Source: Thermodesulfobacteriota bacterium
GTDB lineage: Bacteria > Desulfobacterota > Desulfobacteria > Desulfobacterales > JAUWMJ01
Direction: 5' to 3'
Assembly (NCBI GenBank): GCA_034189135.1
Contig: JAXHVO010000006.1
Location: 1,943 to 65,942, forward strand
DNA: 64,000 nucleotides
In this document: piece by piece, positions 17,244-26,751 of the stretch
Layout: the number at the start of each line of letters is the position of its first letter
Position numbering within the stretch: position 1 is the first letter of the stretch
Position numbers and translations under genes: made by a program
Notes under the pieces: model-generated
Seen by the model: the letters and a program-made list of their open reading frames with translations, nothing else
Database searches by the model: none
Told to the model about the DNA's origin: nothing

Positions 17244-18689
17244 TTATTTGCGCCAAAATTCGGGGACCAGAAAAATAATTACCGTAAATATCTCCAGCCT
17301 CCCTAAAAGCATGCACCATATCAGCAGCCATTTGCCCAGATAGGGTATCTGCGAAAAATTTTCTGCAGGGCCCACCATCCCGAACCCCGGGCCGATATTC
17401 CCAATACAGGCGGCAACCGCACCAAAAGATGTCACCAGATCAACCCCTAAACCGGCAAGAAGAACCGAGCTTAACGCAAATATCCCAATGTAAAGTGCAA
17501 GAAAACCCAGGATGCTTCTCATCACATCTTCAGGCACTGTTTTTCCGCCTATTTTTATATGGGTCACCGCACGGGGATGAATGATGGAAAATAGTTCCTT
17601 ATAACAAAACTTAAAACAGAGCATCACCCTGAGGCATTTTACCCCTCCCCCGGTGGAACCGGCTGAAGCACCTAAAAACATACATATTAAAAGAATAAAC
17701 TGGGACATGGCCGGCCATTTTTCATAGTCCGCTGTGGCATAGCCCGTGGTGGTCACAATCGATACCACTTGAAAAGCGCCATAACGTATGGCCTCTCCAA
17801 CCTTCTCATATACACTGCCATAAATATTGAAACTCACAACGGCAGTCAGGAGAATCACCCCTCCGAAAAAAAACCGGCATTCCGAATCGCGCCAGAAAGC
17901 AAGCGGCTTTCCCTTTAGCATCTGGTAATGAAGAGAAAAATTGATACCTGCCAACAGCATAAATACAATAAATATGATGTCAAAATAAACGCTGTTAAAA
18001 TGAGCGATGGAAGTATTTTGAGTTGAAAAGCCACCGGTGGGCATGGTTGTAAAAGTATGACACAGTGCATGATATAAGTCCATGCCTCCCAGCATGAGGA
18101 GGATGACTTCTGCCATTGAAATAAGCGCATAAACCTTCCAGAGAAGCCTGGCCGTATCCCTGATGCGGGGTTTCAGTTTGTCGGGAACAGGGCTTGGTAC
18201 TTCCGCCTTATAAAGTTGCATTCCTCCCAGCCCTAAAAAAGGAAGAATCGCCAACGACAGGACAATAATACCCATTCCACCCAGCCATTGAATAAAGCTT
18301 CGCCAGAAAAGAAGTCCTTTGGATTGAGACTCAATATTGGCTATAATCGAAGATCCGGTGGTGGTAAAACCTGACACCGATTCAAAAAAGGCATCGATAA
18401 AACTAAAGTCGGTTCCGATATAAAACGGAAGTGCGCCAAACAGACCGGCAGCCGTCCATCCCATGGCCACAATCGCCATACCTTCACGCTGGCTGATAGA
18501 GTTGGTTTTTTCGCTTCTGAAAAGAATATGAAATATGAAACCGAAAAGGATGGTGATCCCCATTGACTTTAAAACAGGGAACACACTTTGATCCTGGTAA
18601 TACAGACCGACAAACAGCGGGAAGACCATGGTGAATCCCAAAAAAAGGGTCAATATTCCCGTAATATTCAGAATATAACGCCAGCGCAT
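17244..18689 (-). CDS. trkH: Trk-type potassium uptake protein TrkH
   Basis: 481 aa polytopic membrane protein with repeated pore-loop motifs (GFTTTGSS, TMPTGGFS, TTTGYAT, GSTGGGVK). It lies immediately downstream of trkA. Confidence 0.9.
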   Translation of the reverse strand: MRWRYILNITGILTLFLGFTMVFPLFVGLYYQDQSVFPVLKSMGITILFGFIFHILFRSEKTNSISQREGMAIVAMGWTAAGLFGALPFYIGTDFSFIDAFFESVSGFTTTGSSIIANIESQSKGLLFWRSFIQWLGGMGIIVLSLAILPFLGLGGMQLYKAEVPSPVPDKLKPRIRDTARLLWKVYALISMAEVILLMLGGMDLYHALCHTFTTMPTGGFSTQNTSIAHFNSVYFDIIFIVFMLLAGINFSLHYQMLKGKPLAFWRDSECRFFFGGVILLTAVVSFNIYGSVYEKVGEAIRYGAFQVVSIVTTTGYATADYEKWPAMSQFILLICMFLGASAGSTGGGVKCLRVMLCFKFCYKELFSIIHPRAVTHIKIGGKTVPEDVMRSILGFLALYIGIFALSSVLLAGLGVDLVTSFGAVAACIGNIGPGFGMVGPAENFSQIPYLGKWLLIWCMLLGRLEIFTVIIFLVPEFWRK

Positions 18690-20054
18690 CTAAAAATACT
18701 CTAGTTTTACCGCAAGAATTTTTTCAATTTTGGAAACCGCTTTTCTTCTGGCAAAAATAATGACCTTGTCATCCGGCATAATGACACTTTCCCCGGAAGG
18801 AATAATAATTTCATCTTTCCTTATTATTCCGGCAACCATGGCTCCTTTGGGAAATGAAATGTCTTTTAAGGGCTTGCCCACAATATCGGATGTTTCCAGC
18901 GCCACCGCTTCCATGACCTCAGCCTGTTCCCCTTTGATGGATATGGAGGAAAGCACCTTACCCTTTCGGATGTGCTGCAAAATCGTATTAATGGCCGAAA
19001 GTCTGGGGCTCACCACCTGCTCAATACCGATGGCTTTCATCAAGGGGAAATAGCTGAATTTGCTGATTCTAGCAATGGATTTTCGGGCCCCCATCCGTTT
19101 TGTTAAAAGTGAAGTTAAAATGTTGGTTTCTTCATCATCGGTAAGGGTGATGACAAAATCAGTATCCTGTATATTCTCTTCCGAAAGAATTCCCTGATCC
19201 GACCCGTCTCCACAAAGGACCACTGCCCGGTTTAATTTTTCTGCCAGCTCGGTGCACCGTTCGGGCTTAATTTCAATGATTTTGCTGTGAATCGGCTTTT
19301 CTTCCAGAAGTGCGGCCAGACGAAATCCGATTCGCCCCCCTCCCACAATCAAAACACGGCGCAGGGGCTGAGCATGCTTATCAAAAACACCTAGGGTATC
19401 TGACAGCTTATCGGCTTCACTTATAAAATAGACCAGGTCTCCTGCCATCAGTCGATCATTCCCCCGCGGGATAATCAACTCTTCATCACGAACAATGGCA
19501 GCAATCAGCGGCCGTTTCCCCCCTGTTTTTTCGGGAAGATCTGAAAGTTTTACCCCGGAAAGCCCGGCGCCCTGGTCAAGGTAGATCCCGATAAATTTGA
19601 TGCGGCCATCGGCAAATTCCCCCACATCGGCCGCACCCGGCACACTCATCAGGCGGTCAATGGTTTTTACCACTTCAATCTCAGGATTGATCACCGTATC
19701 GATGTGGGGTGCATATTTTTTAAAATTTTCATGATATCCATCATAATCCGCATTGCGGATACGTGCCAGTTTTTTGGTGGTGGGAGAAATAATGTCCGCC
19801 ACCAGACAGGAAACAAGGTTTGCTTCATCGCTGTTGGTGACTGCCAGAAATATCTCGGCGCTTTCGATGCCTGCTTCCGCCAATACCACCGGACTGCTTC
19901 CGGAGCCCTTCAACACCTGGACATCTATATTATCCGACACGCGGCGCAGGGCCCCATCGTCCTTATCAATCACCACCACATTTTTATTCTCGTCGGCAAG
20001 ATGGCTGGCGATATAAAAACCAACTTCACCTGCGCCCACAACCACGATTTTCAA
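18690..20054 (-). CDS. trkA: Trk system potassium uptake protein TrkA (tandem RCK/NAD-binding domains)
   Basis: 454 aa with two Rossmann motifs (IVVVGAGEVG, VLIVGGGRIG), each followed by an RCK_C-like segment. Confidence 0.9.
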   Translation of the reverse strand: MKIVVVGAGEVGFYIASHLADENKNVVVIDKDDGALRRVSDNIDVQVLKGSGSSPVVLAEAGIESAEIFLAVTNSDEANLVSCLVADIISPTTKKLARIRNADYDGYHENFKKYAPHIDTVINPEIEVVKTIDRLMSVPGAADVGEFADGRIKFIGIYLDQGAGLSGVKLSDLPEKTGGKRPLIAAIVRDEELIIPRGNDRLMAGDLVYFISEADKLSDTLGVFDKHAQPLRRVLIVGGGRIGFRLAALLEEKPIHSKIIEIKPERCTELAEKLNRAVVLCGDGSDQGILSEENIQDTDFVITLTDDEETNILTSLLTKRMGARKSIARISKFSYFPLMKAIGIEQVVSPRLSAINTILQHIRKGKVLSSISIKGEQAEVMEAVALETSDIVGKPLKDISFPKGAMVAGIIRKDEIIIPSGESVIMPDDKVIIFARRKAVSKIEKILAVKLEYF

Positions 20055-20141
20055 ATGAGTTATTCCTTTGTTTTACTTTTAATTCAACCACCACGATCGC
20101 CAAACATGGCGAGGTGATAAAAAAGACCTATTACTATGCCA

Positions 20142-20897
20142 TCATAGTACCACGGCCACTGAACACAAGCATACGATAATGAAAAGTGCAACCCAATCTT
20201 TTCCTGAGGCCGAAAGTACCGGATCTGTCCTGTGTTCAGAAAAGCATCTCGCCTCCATGGCCAGTGCCAGGTCATCTGCACCATCAAAAGTACGCCGGAT
20301 CACCGGGATTAGCAGTTTTATCAAGCGGAATAGCGGATTTTTTCTAGCTTCGATACCCCTTGCCCGCTGGGCATCCGCCGTATCTTTTACCTGCGTATAA
20401 ATCACCGGCATAAATCTCAAAATCAAACTCATCATCACGGCAATCCTTTTCCGCGGAATAAAAGGAAAAGGAAGTAAAAACCATTCAACGGCGGCCTTTA
20501 TTTCTGAAGGCCGGGTGCTTAACACAAATGACAGGCTGAAAAAAACCACCAGTAAAAGACGCCAGCAGACCATCGCGGCCTCATAAACACCCTGTTGGGA
20601 AAGAACGATAAACCGCCACTCGACCAAAGCGGATCCTGTAGTGGAAAATGCCCGGGCAAAAAATATCAAAATCATCAAAATGAAAAAATACCTTAGGTCC
20701 ATTAAAGACGATCGTAGGGGAAAACGTATGTAAAGCAAAACCGTGATAAGCATCAAACTGATAATAAATAGTGCCGCATGGTCTGCTTGAATAACCGTCA
20801 AACTGACTAATACCAGGGAAAAAAGCTTAAACCGAACATCAAGTTGGTGCAACATTGATTTTCCGCAGTGATAGCTTAAAACCGTCAGCTCAGCCAT
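20142..20897 (-). CDS. Energy-coupling factor transporter transmembrane component (EcfT/CbiQ/BioN-like)
   Basis: Membrane protein containing ...ADAQRARGIEAR..., which is typical of EcfT. I set the start at MAELTV (ATG 20897), overlapping the upstream ATPase stop. The track start at 20930 adds 11 aa. Confidence 0.8.
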   Translation of the reverse strand: MAELTVLSYHCGKSMLHQLDVRFKLFSLVLVSLTVIQADHAALFIISLMLITVLLYIRFPLRSSLMDLRYFFILMILIFFARAFSTTGSALVEWRFIVLSQQGVYEAAMVCWRLLLVVFFSLSFVLSTRPSEIKAAVEWFLLPFPFIPRKRIAVMMSLILRFMPVIYTQVKDTADAQRARGIEARKNPLFRLIKLLIPVIRRTFDGADDLALAMEARCFSEHRTDPVLSASGKDWVALFIIVCLCSVAVVL

Positions 20898-21634
20898 GAG
20901 ACAACCTCCATCCCCAGTCGGGTCGCGCATGGCATTTTTACCCCGAACATTTCTGCATCCCGCATTATTTCAGCAGGCACCCCGTCCCTGGCCACCTTTC
21001 CATCCTGCATGATCAACAGTCGATTTGCATGGGCAATCACCTTTTCAATATCGTGAGTGGTCACAATAATGGTGTGTCCTGAATGATGCAAAGATACAAT
21101 CTGTTTTAGCACCTGTCTGACTCCGGGATAGTCAAGGCTGGAAAAAGGTTCATCAAAAACGATAATTTTCGGCTCCATGGCAAGAATGCCTGCAATCGAT
21201 AGCCGCCTTTTCTCACCACCCGAAAGCAAATGAGGACTTTTGTCTGCGTGCTGTGTCAAATCAACCGATACCAGGGCGGTTGAAACTCTTTTATCTATCT
21301 CCTGCCGGTCAAGGCAAAAATTCTCCGGGCCAAATGCCACATCCGCATATACCGTTTCTCCCACAATTTGGCTGTCGGCATTTTGGAATACCATGCCGAC
21401 CATTTGCCTTGCCTTTTTAATATGGCGTGATACCTCGAGTCCTTCTAGTAAAACCGTCCCCTGGGTTGGCAGAAGAAGGCCGTTTAAATGTTTTAAAAGG
21501 GTGGTTTTGCCACTACCGTTTTGCCCTCCGATAACGATGAACTCTCCTTCACAGATTGAAAGGTTGATTCCGTCTAGTCCAACAGTACCGTCTACAAAAC
21601 GGTGAGTCATATTTTTTATTTCGATAATGTTCAC
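20885..21634 (-). CDS. ECF transporter ATPase (EcfA/CbiO/BioM-like)
   Basis: 249 aa with Walker A GGQNGSGKTT, signature LSGGEKRRLSIA and Walker B IIVFDEP. Confidence 0.9.
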   Translation of the reverse strand: MNIIEIKNMTHRFVDGTVGLDGINLSICEGEFIVIGGQNGSGKTTLLKHLNGLLLPTQGTVLLEGLEVSRHIKKARQMVGMVFQNADSQIVGETVYADVAFGPENFCLDRQEIDKRVSTALVSVDLTQHADKSPHLLSGGEKRRLSIAGILAMEPKIIVFDEPFSSLDYPGVRQVLKQIVSLHHSGHTIIVTTHDIEKVIAHANRLLIMQDGKVARDGVPAEIMRDAEMFGVKMPCATRLGMEVVSWLS

Positions 21635-22168
21635 TCAATTCCTCATTATTACCGGCCGCAGTGACTTTGCAATAGCCGCAGCAGCTGCAATCTTTAATGC
21701 GTCACCGATTAAGAATGGATACATCCCCACTGCCAGAGTTTTTGAAACAGTCATGCCGGTCAGGATCTTTAGCCATGTCACCCCACATAGATAAATAATA
21801 ATACAACCACAACTCATTGCAATTACATCAAAAACCATATTTTGCTTTACTTTTTCCGTGATAAGGCCGATGACGTATACCGCAGGAAGATATCCTAAAA
21901 GATATCCACCGGTAGGTCCGACCATGCGTGAAATTCCCCCAAGACCACCGGAAAAAACAGGCAGTCCGCACGCCCCGGCTAAAAGGTATACACCAACACT
22001 GGCAAGACCCCACCTGCTTCCGAGCAAAAGACCGGAAAGCATGACAAACATATTTTGCAAAATAATTGGAACCGGCCCGATCGGTATGGACAGATATGCC
22101 CCGGCTGCGGTTAAAGCGGCGAGCAAAGAGGCATATACCGTCATTCGAAGTTGCATTGACGTGTTCAT
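21635..22168 (-). CDS. bioY: Biotin transporter S-component BioY
   Basis: 177 aa with 5-6 TM segments and BioY-like motifs (PVPIILQNMFVMLSG, GPTGGYLLGY). It sits between birA and the ECF A/T genes. Confidence 0.85.
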   Translation of the reverse strand: MNTSMQLRMTVYASLLAALTAAGAYLSIPIGPVPIILQNMFVMLSGLLLGSRWGLASVGVYLLAGACGLPVFSGGLGGISRMVGPTGGYLLGYLPAVYVIGLITEKVKQNMVFDVIAMSCGCIIIYLCGVTWLKILTGMTVSKTLAVGMYPFLIGDALKIAAAAAIAKSLRPVIMRN

Positions 22169-23088
22169 ATTTGATGAAAGCAGTCTCCGTAAATAATTTT
22201 TTTTATGGATCCGTTTTCCAGTTCCAGAACCAATGCACCGTTGTCATCCACATCGATTGCCAAGCCTGCGGAAACCTCCCGGTTGGTGACTATTTTTACC
22301 CGTCGACCGATAGTGGTGTTGCACTTTTTCCACCTGGATATCGTCTTTTCCAGTGTATTCAGCTGAACTGTTTTTTCAAATTCATCTAAAAATTCGGACA
22401 GAAGTTTTTTTCTGGTTAGCTGTCTTCCGATCATTTTTTTTAATGATGTGGCCCCCGGTTCTTTTTTTTCTGGATCATTATTCACATTGATTCCCATGCC
22501 TACGTTTATAAAGGTAACCATATCCCCTTCCGCTTCCATTTCAGAGAGCATACCTGAAACCTTTTTTCCATCACATAGAATATCGTTGGGCCATTTTACC
22601 ATGGCATCCACGCCGTATAATTTGCGCAATACCCTGACCAGGGCCAGAGAAGCGGCAAAGTTTATCCTCGGGCTTAGGACCGGGGATATCGGAGGCCTTA
22701 GAATAATTGTAAAATACAGACCTCCTTGGGATGAATACCAGGTCCTTTTTAACCGCCCTCTTCCCTTTGTCTGACATTCGGCAATCACCACAGTAAAATC
22801 AGGACTCCCTTTTCTGGCAAGATTTCCGGCGATGTCCATGGTAGAAGTCACTTTAGGAAAATATTGAATCTTTGGTTCCCTTTGGGGAAATTCCCATGGA
22901 AAAAGAACGTCAGGGGATCCTGCAAGTTGATATCCCTTTGAGGTGGTGATGATATCATATCCAAATTCCTGAAGCTTATTCATATGTTTCCAGATGGACA
23001 CCCTTGAAATCCCCAGCTGGGAACTGAGTTTCTCCCCGGAAACAACTCCCTTTTTTTGTTGTAAGATACTAAGGATGCGTCCTTTCAT
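22165..23088 (-). CDS. birA: Bifunctional biotin-protein ligase / biotin operon repressor BirA
   Basis: 307 aa. The N-terminus is a winged HTH (GEKLSSQLGISRVSIWKHMNKLQEFG). The ligase core has GRGRLKRTW and KWPNDIL. There is a 4-nt overlap with bioY. Confidence 0.9.
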   Translation of the reverse strand: MKGRILSILQQKKGVVSGEKLSSQLGISRVSIWKHMNKLQEFGYDIITTSKGYQLAGSPDVLFPWEFPQREPKIQYFPKVTSTMDIAGNLARKGSPDFTVVIAECQTKGRGRLKRTWYSSQGGLYFTIILRPPISPVLSPRINFAASLALVRVLRKLYGVDAMVKWPNDILCDGKKVSGMLSEMEAEGDMVTFINVGMGINVNNDPEKKEPGATSLKKMIGRQLTRKKLLSEFLDEFEKTVQLNTLEKTISRWKKCNTTIGRRVKIVTNREVSAGLAIDVDDNGALVLELENGSIKKIIYGDCFHQI

Positions 23089-23108
23089 TTCCCAAATAAC
23101 CTTTTTTT

Positions 23109-23138
23109 GGTTAACCTTTAAAGAAAGCTACGTTAACG
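23109..23138. promoter_or_regulatory. Candidate BirA operator
   Basis: GGTTAACC-N14-CGTTAACG lies 21-50 nt upstream of the birA start. It resembles the BirA site type I recall, TGT(T/A)AACC-N14-16-GGTT(T/A)ACA, matching 13/16 half-site positions. Confidence 0.4.
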
Positions 23139-23318
23139 ACACTTTCATCGGGTGTCAACTAAAATTATTTTTCGGCGAGCCTGAGTAAATCTTTTCACAA
23201 AATTAGGGTAATTTTTTCTATATTATTATATTATTTCGTTTAGTTATAAATTCTTATTATTTTGTAATAGTTGAATAACTGTCTTATAAACTTGACAATT
23301 ATGGGTTATTATTGTAAT

Positions 23319-23334
23319 TGGCATAAAGCTTGCT
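23319..23334 (+). promoter_or_regulatory. Candidate sigma54 (-24/-12) promoter
   Basis: TGGCATaaagcTTGCT has the exact GG-N10-GC spacing and is a near-consensus match to TGGCAC-N5-TTGCW. It lies 67 nt upstream of the 23401 ORF. Confidence 0.55.
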
Positions 23335-23400
23335 TTGACCTATGGGGAAAAAGGTCAAACCGGACAAGCAGGATTAAATTAATCATAAAAAGGCTGCCCC

Positions 23401-23619
23401 TTGATAAACACATTAAAAAAAGAAATATTTAAAAATGATAATGGCGGAAGACGTTCGGGTGAAGACAGGCGGGAATTTGCATACTCTGATTACACGCCGG
23501 AAAGAAGATCATTCAAAGAACGCAGAAGCGGGTTTGACCGCAGAATCGAACTTTGTCTTGAAAAAATAGCCACAGAACGCAGAAAATATTTTAATAATGC
23601 CTCATTATCTCTCTGTTGA
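23401..23619 (+). CDS. Small Arg-rich protein with repeated (D/E)RR motifs (hypothetical)
   Basis: 72 aa with a TTG start and a weak RBS. Repeats are GGRRSGEDRRE, PERRSFKERRSGFDRR and TERRKY. It is the only open frame of this size behind the sigma54-like promoter. Confidence 0.4.
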   Translation: MINTLKKEIFKNDNGGRRSGEDRREFAYSDYTPERRSFKERRSGFDRRIELCLEKIATERRKYFNNASLSLC

Positions 23620-23646
23620 ATCTGTAACAGGACGAATGAAAGACCT

Positions 23647-23880
23647 ATGAAAGGAATCACTTTCATGCTGGAAGGCAACCCGAAACCCGTTATTATTAAA
23701 ATGGTAGATGGAACAAAGGCCAGAGGCTCTATTTACGTTTATGAAGGAAAGAGAATAAGCGATATTATTAAAAATGCGGATAAATTTATCGCGCTTTACA
23801 ATACTTCAATCGCAGGTTTTCGCGATAAAACGGCCATCTTGAATAAAGAACAGATACTATATATCATTCCGGAAGATTGA
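23647..23880 (+). CDS. Small hypothetical protein (77 aa; alternative start at 23665)
   Basis: Clean ORF with plausible AAGGA RBS before the internal Met7. It is co-directional with its neighbours. No family recognised with certainty. Confidence 0.5.
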   Translation: MKGITFMLEGNPKPVIIKMVDGTKARGSIYVYEGKRISDIIKNADKFIALYNTSIAGFRDKTAILNKEQILYIIPED

Positions 23881-23908
23881 TATTATTCACCCCGCCAGAG
23901 ACCCGGTA

Positions 23909-24346
23909 ATGAACATACTAAACAGAATGACTAAAAAAAAGAAAACCCCTGAGGACCTGACGGAAATATCAAAAATTATTGCACCGTTAATTGATAGAAC
24001 CGCCAATGATATTTTTATGTCCCACTGCAACGAGCTGCTGGAAAAACCAATCACCTATATTGTTCCGGCAATATGGGGAAAAGGGGTAAATGGTGATCTC
24101 ACTTTAACCCAGGCAAAAATAAACGATAAAATAGCGCCGGTGATTGCACGAATAAAACGGCTGTTTGAATTTAAAAATTCCAGCGGTGAGCAAGAGTTTG
24201 CCTTTGAATATCTTTTGCGAGGTTTGTTTGTCGCCAAAATTACCTTTATGATTGAATTGAAGAAAAATCTTGATTTAAAATCAATCGTTGCGGCAAAGGC
24301 CGGCAACGAAATTCTTTCCAAGACCAGGCCCATCGGAAATGCGTAA
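23909..24346 (+). CDS. Hypothetical protein (145 aa)
   Basis: ORF of coding-like composition and the third gene of the co-directional small-gene cluster. No motif recognised. Confidence 0.5.
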   Translation: MNILNRMTKKKKTPEDLTEISKIIAPLIDRTANDIFMSHCNELLEKPITYIVPAIWGKGVNGDLTLTQAKINDKIAPVIARIKRLFEFKNSSGEQEFAFEYLLRGLFVAKITFMIELKKNLDLKSIVAAKAGNEILSKTRPIGNA

Positions 24347-24368
24347 AGCATAGATAATTTGTCATATC

Positions 24369-25790
24369 CTACAACCTTCCCAATAGCTTATCGTGTATAT
24401 TGTCAAACCCGCCGTTAGACATAATCAGTATAATATCATTCGGCTTTGCCCTGTCCAGCAGAAAATCAATCATCAATTCGGTGTTGGGAAAAAAGTAAGC
24501 ATCCTTTCCCCGCTTTTTCAGGTCATCCACCAGCTTTTCAGATGAAAACCGCTCAGCACGAGGAATCTTGTTCAGCAATGGGGGTTTGCGGATACATATC
24601 AGGTCCGCCGATTCAAATGAATCCGGATAGCTATGCTGAAAAACCTTCCGCATGGAAGAATTTGTCCTGGGTTCAAACACCGCAATAATCCGCCCGCTAT
24701 TATAAAAAGGTCTGACCGCATGGATGGTTTCTTTAACCGCAGTGGGGTGATGGGCAAAATCATCCATCACCGTTACCCCACGTTTTATCCCTCGAACCTC
24801 CTGCCTTCTTCTTATACCCTGAAAGGTTTCCAGGGCACCGGCAATGACTGCAGGTGGGATATTCAACCTGTCGGCCACTGCGATGGTGGATAAAATATTT
24901 AGCAGGTTATGCAGGCCGATAAGGTTTGTCTTAAAGGCTCCAAAGGTCAGTCCCCGCTTTAAAACCTCAAACAATGTCCACGGAGGTTCTATGGAGATAT
25001 TATTTAGCTGCCAGGTTGACCCCATGTTCCGACCATAGCTGTCAACCTTGCATTTTTTGCCTCTTATAAGTTCCTGTACATGTTTATCACCATCATAGGC
25101 AACAAGGGTGTTCCTTGGCGAAATTGAAGATATAAACCGGTTAAACGCTTCCTTTACATGATTCATATCTTTAAATATATCCGCATGATCGAATTCTATA
25201 CTGGTAAGCAGTGCCATATATGGATGATAATGTAAGAATTTAGGACCTTTATCAAAAAAGGCCGTATCGTACTCATCACCTTCTATGATAATATGATTGC
25301 CTTTCCCCAGCCGATAGTTGCTGTCAAAGTTTTTTAATAATCCCCCTATCATGAAGCTGGGATCAAGACTCGCTTTATAGAGTATCCAGGCAAGAATCGA
25401 TGATGTGGTTGTTTTGCCGTGCGTCCCTGCAATAACAATCGGTTTTTTGCCCGCCGCAACAAAGCGGTTTAGGGCCTGTGGCATGGAACAAAAATGAAGC
25501 CCCATTTTATCCGCTTCCACCACCTCGATGTTATCCTGGGAAACTGCATTTCCCACCACCACCAGATCTGTGTTGTGGGTGATATTTCTCTCGTTAAAAC
25601 CATCGGCGACCTTTATGCCTTTCTGGGTAAGAAAGCTGCTCATGGGGGGGTATATTTTCCGGTCTGAACCGGTGACCTCAAAGCCCATATCCTTGAGCAT
25701 GCTGGCAAGGGCTCCCATACCCGTACCGCACACTGCAATCAGGTGAATTTTTTTAACCTGTGGCGGAATTCGGTTTTTGCTTAAATCCAT
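24369..25790 (-). CDS. mpl: UDP-N-acetylmuramate:L-alanyl-gamma-D-glutamyl-meso-diaminopimelate ligase (Mpl)
   Basis: 473 aa. The N-terminus is IHLIAVCGTGMGALASMLKDMGFEVTGSD. The Mur ligase P-loop is GTHGKTTTSS, and the protein has a Mur ligase C-terminal domain. Confidence 0.85.
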   Translation of the reverse strand: MDLSKNRIPPQVKKIHLIAVCGTGMGALASMLKDMGFEVTGSDRKIYPPMSSFLTQKGIKVADGFNERNITHNTDLVVVGNAVSQDNIEVVEADKMGLHFCSMPQALNRFVAAGKKPIVIAGTHGKTTTSSILAWILYKASLDPSFMIGGLLKNFDSNYRLGKGNHIIIEGDEYDTAFFDKGPKFLHYHPYMALLTSIEFDHADIFKDMNHVKEAFNRFISSISPRNTLVAYDGDKHVQELIRGKKCKVDSYGRNMGSTWQLNNISIEPPWTLFEVLKRGLTFGAFKTNLIGLHNLLNILSTIAVADRLNIPPAVIAGALETFQGIRRRQEVRGIKRGVTVMDDFAHHPTAVKETIHAVRPFYNSGRIIAVFEPRTNSSMRKVFQHSYPDSFESADLICIRKPPLLNKIPRAERFSSEKLVDDLKKRGKDAYFFPNTELMIDFLLDRAKPNDIILIMSNGGFDNIHDKLLGRL

Positions 25791-25928
25791 TTATTCAGAT
25801 CCCGTTATGCGTTTCACTCAAATTTCACATCCTTTCATTAATCAAAAAAGTTTTCAAGAAATCATTGAATGATCTGTTTTTTTAGCACATGATTGGCAAA
25901 CATAATTGACCCACACGGATGGCAATAT

Positions 25929-26750
25929 ATGGACCAGGGAATTAAAAAAGTTTTAAGAAATTTTGCCAAGGGTTCGGGGCATATCACCGTTCTCACCGGA
26001 GCCGGTATCTCTGCGGAAAGCAATATCCCCACCTTTCGCGGGCCGGAAGGATTTTGGACCATCGGCTCAAAAGAATACCATCCCCAGGAAATGGCCACTT
26101 ACCGGATGTTTATGCAAAAACCTGATGAAGTGTGGAAATGGTATTTGTATCGCCTCGGTATCTGTAACCAAGCCGAGCCGAATAAAGGGCATCTTGCTTT
26201 GGTGGAAATGGAAAAGTTCTTTCAAGACCGTTTCACCTTAATCACGCAAAATGTGGATGGGCTGCACTTGCGCGCGGGCAATTCCTTGGAAAGGACCTTT
26301 CAGATACACGGAAATATTTTTTTTACCCGTTGCGCTGATGAATGCACTTCAACCATTTACCCTGTCTCCCCAAATCTTCGAGCCATAACCAAAGGTGAAG
26401 ATCTTGACGAAACTCACAAAAGGCTACTACTGTGTCCAGAATGTGGAAGGTACACCCGCCCCCATGTTTTATGGTTTGATGAAACCTATAACGAAGAATT
26501 TTATCGCTATCATAGCTCCTTAAATGTTGCCGGACGAACCGAACTGCTTATCATTGTCGGAACATCAGGTGCAACAAACCTTCCCAACATGGTGGCCCGG
26601 GAAGTAAAAAACCACCACGGGATCATCCTGGATATAAATATTGAGGAAAACCCGTTCTCAAATCTGGCTTTAAACAGCCGGAGAGGCTATTTTATCAAGA
26701 AACCGAGTAGTGTGGCCTTGCCTGCAGTAATGGACATATTTGCCGGTTAA
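25929..26750 (+). CDS. cobB: NAD-dependent protein deacylase, Sir2 family
   Basis: Motifs are TGAGISAESNIPTFRG, QNVDGLH and the Zn ribbon CxxC...CPECG. I prefer the ATG at 25929 to the TTG at 25893 in the track. Confidence 0.85.
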   Translation: MDQGIKKVLRNFAKGSGHITVLTGAGISAESNIPTFRGPEGFWTIGSKEYHPQEMATYRMFMQKPDEVWKWYLYRLGICNQAEPNKGHLALVEMEKFFQDRFTLITQNVDGLHLRAGNSLERTFQIHGNIFFTRCADECTSTIYPVSPNLRAITKGEDLDETHKRLLLCPECGRYTRPHVLWFDETYNEEFYRYHSSLNVAGRTELLIIVGTSGATNLPNMVAREVKNHHGIILDINIEENPFSNLALNSRRGYFIKKPSSVALPAVMDIFAG

Positions 26751-26751
26751 C

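Noticed and set aside
23140-23318. Very AT-rich birA/small-operon divergent region, inspected for further operators or a riboswitch.
   Set aside because: I found only low-complexity A/T runs, and no convincing palindrome or conserved RNA motif beyond the two elements already reported.
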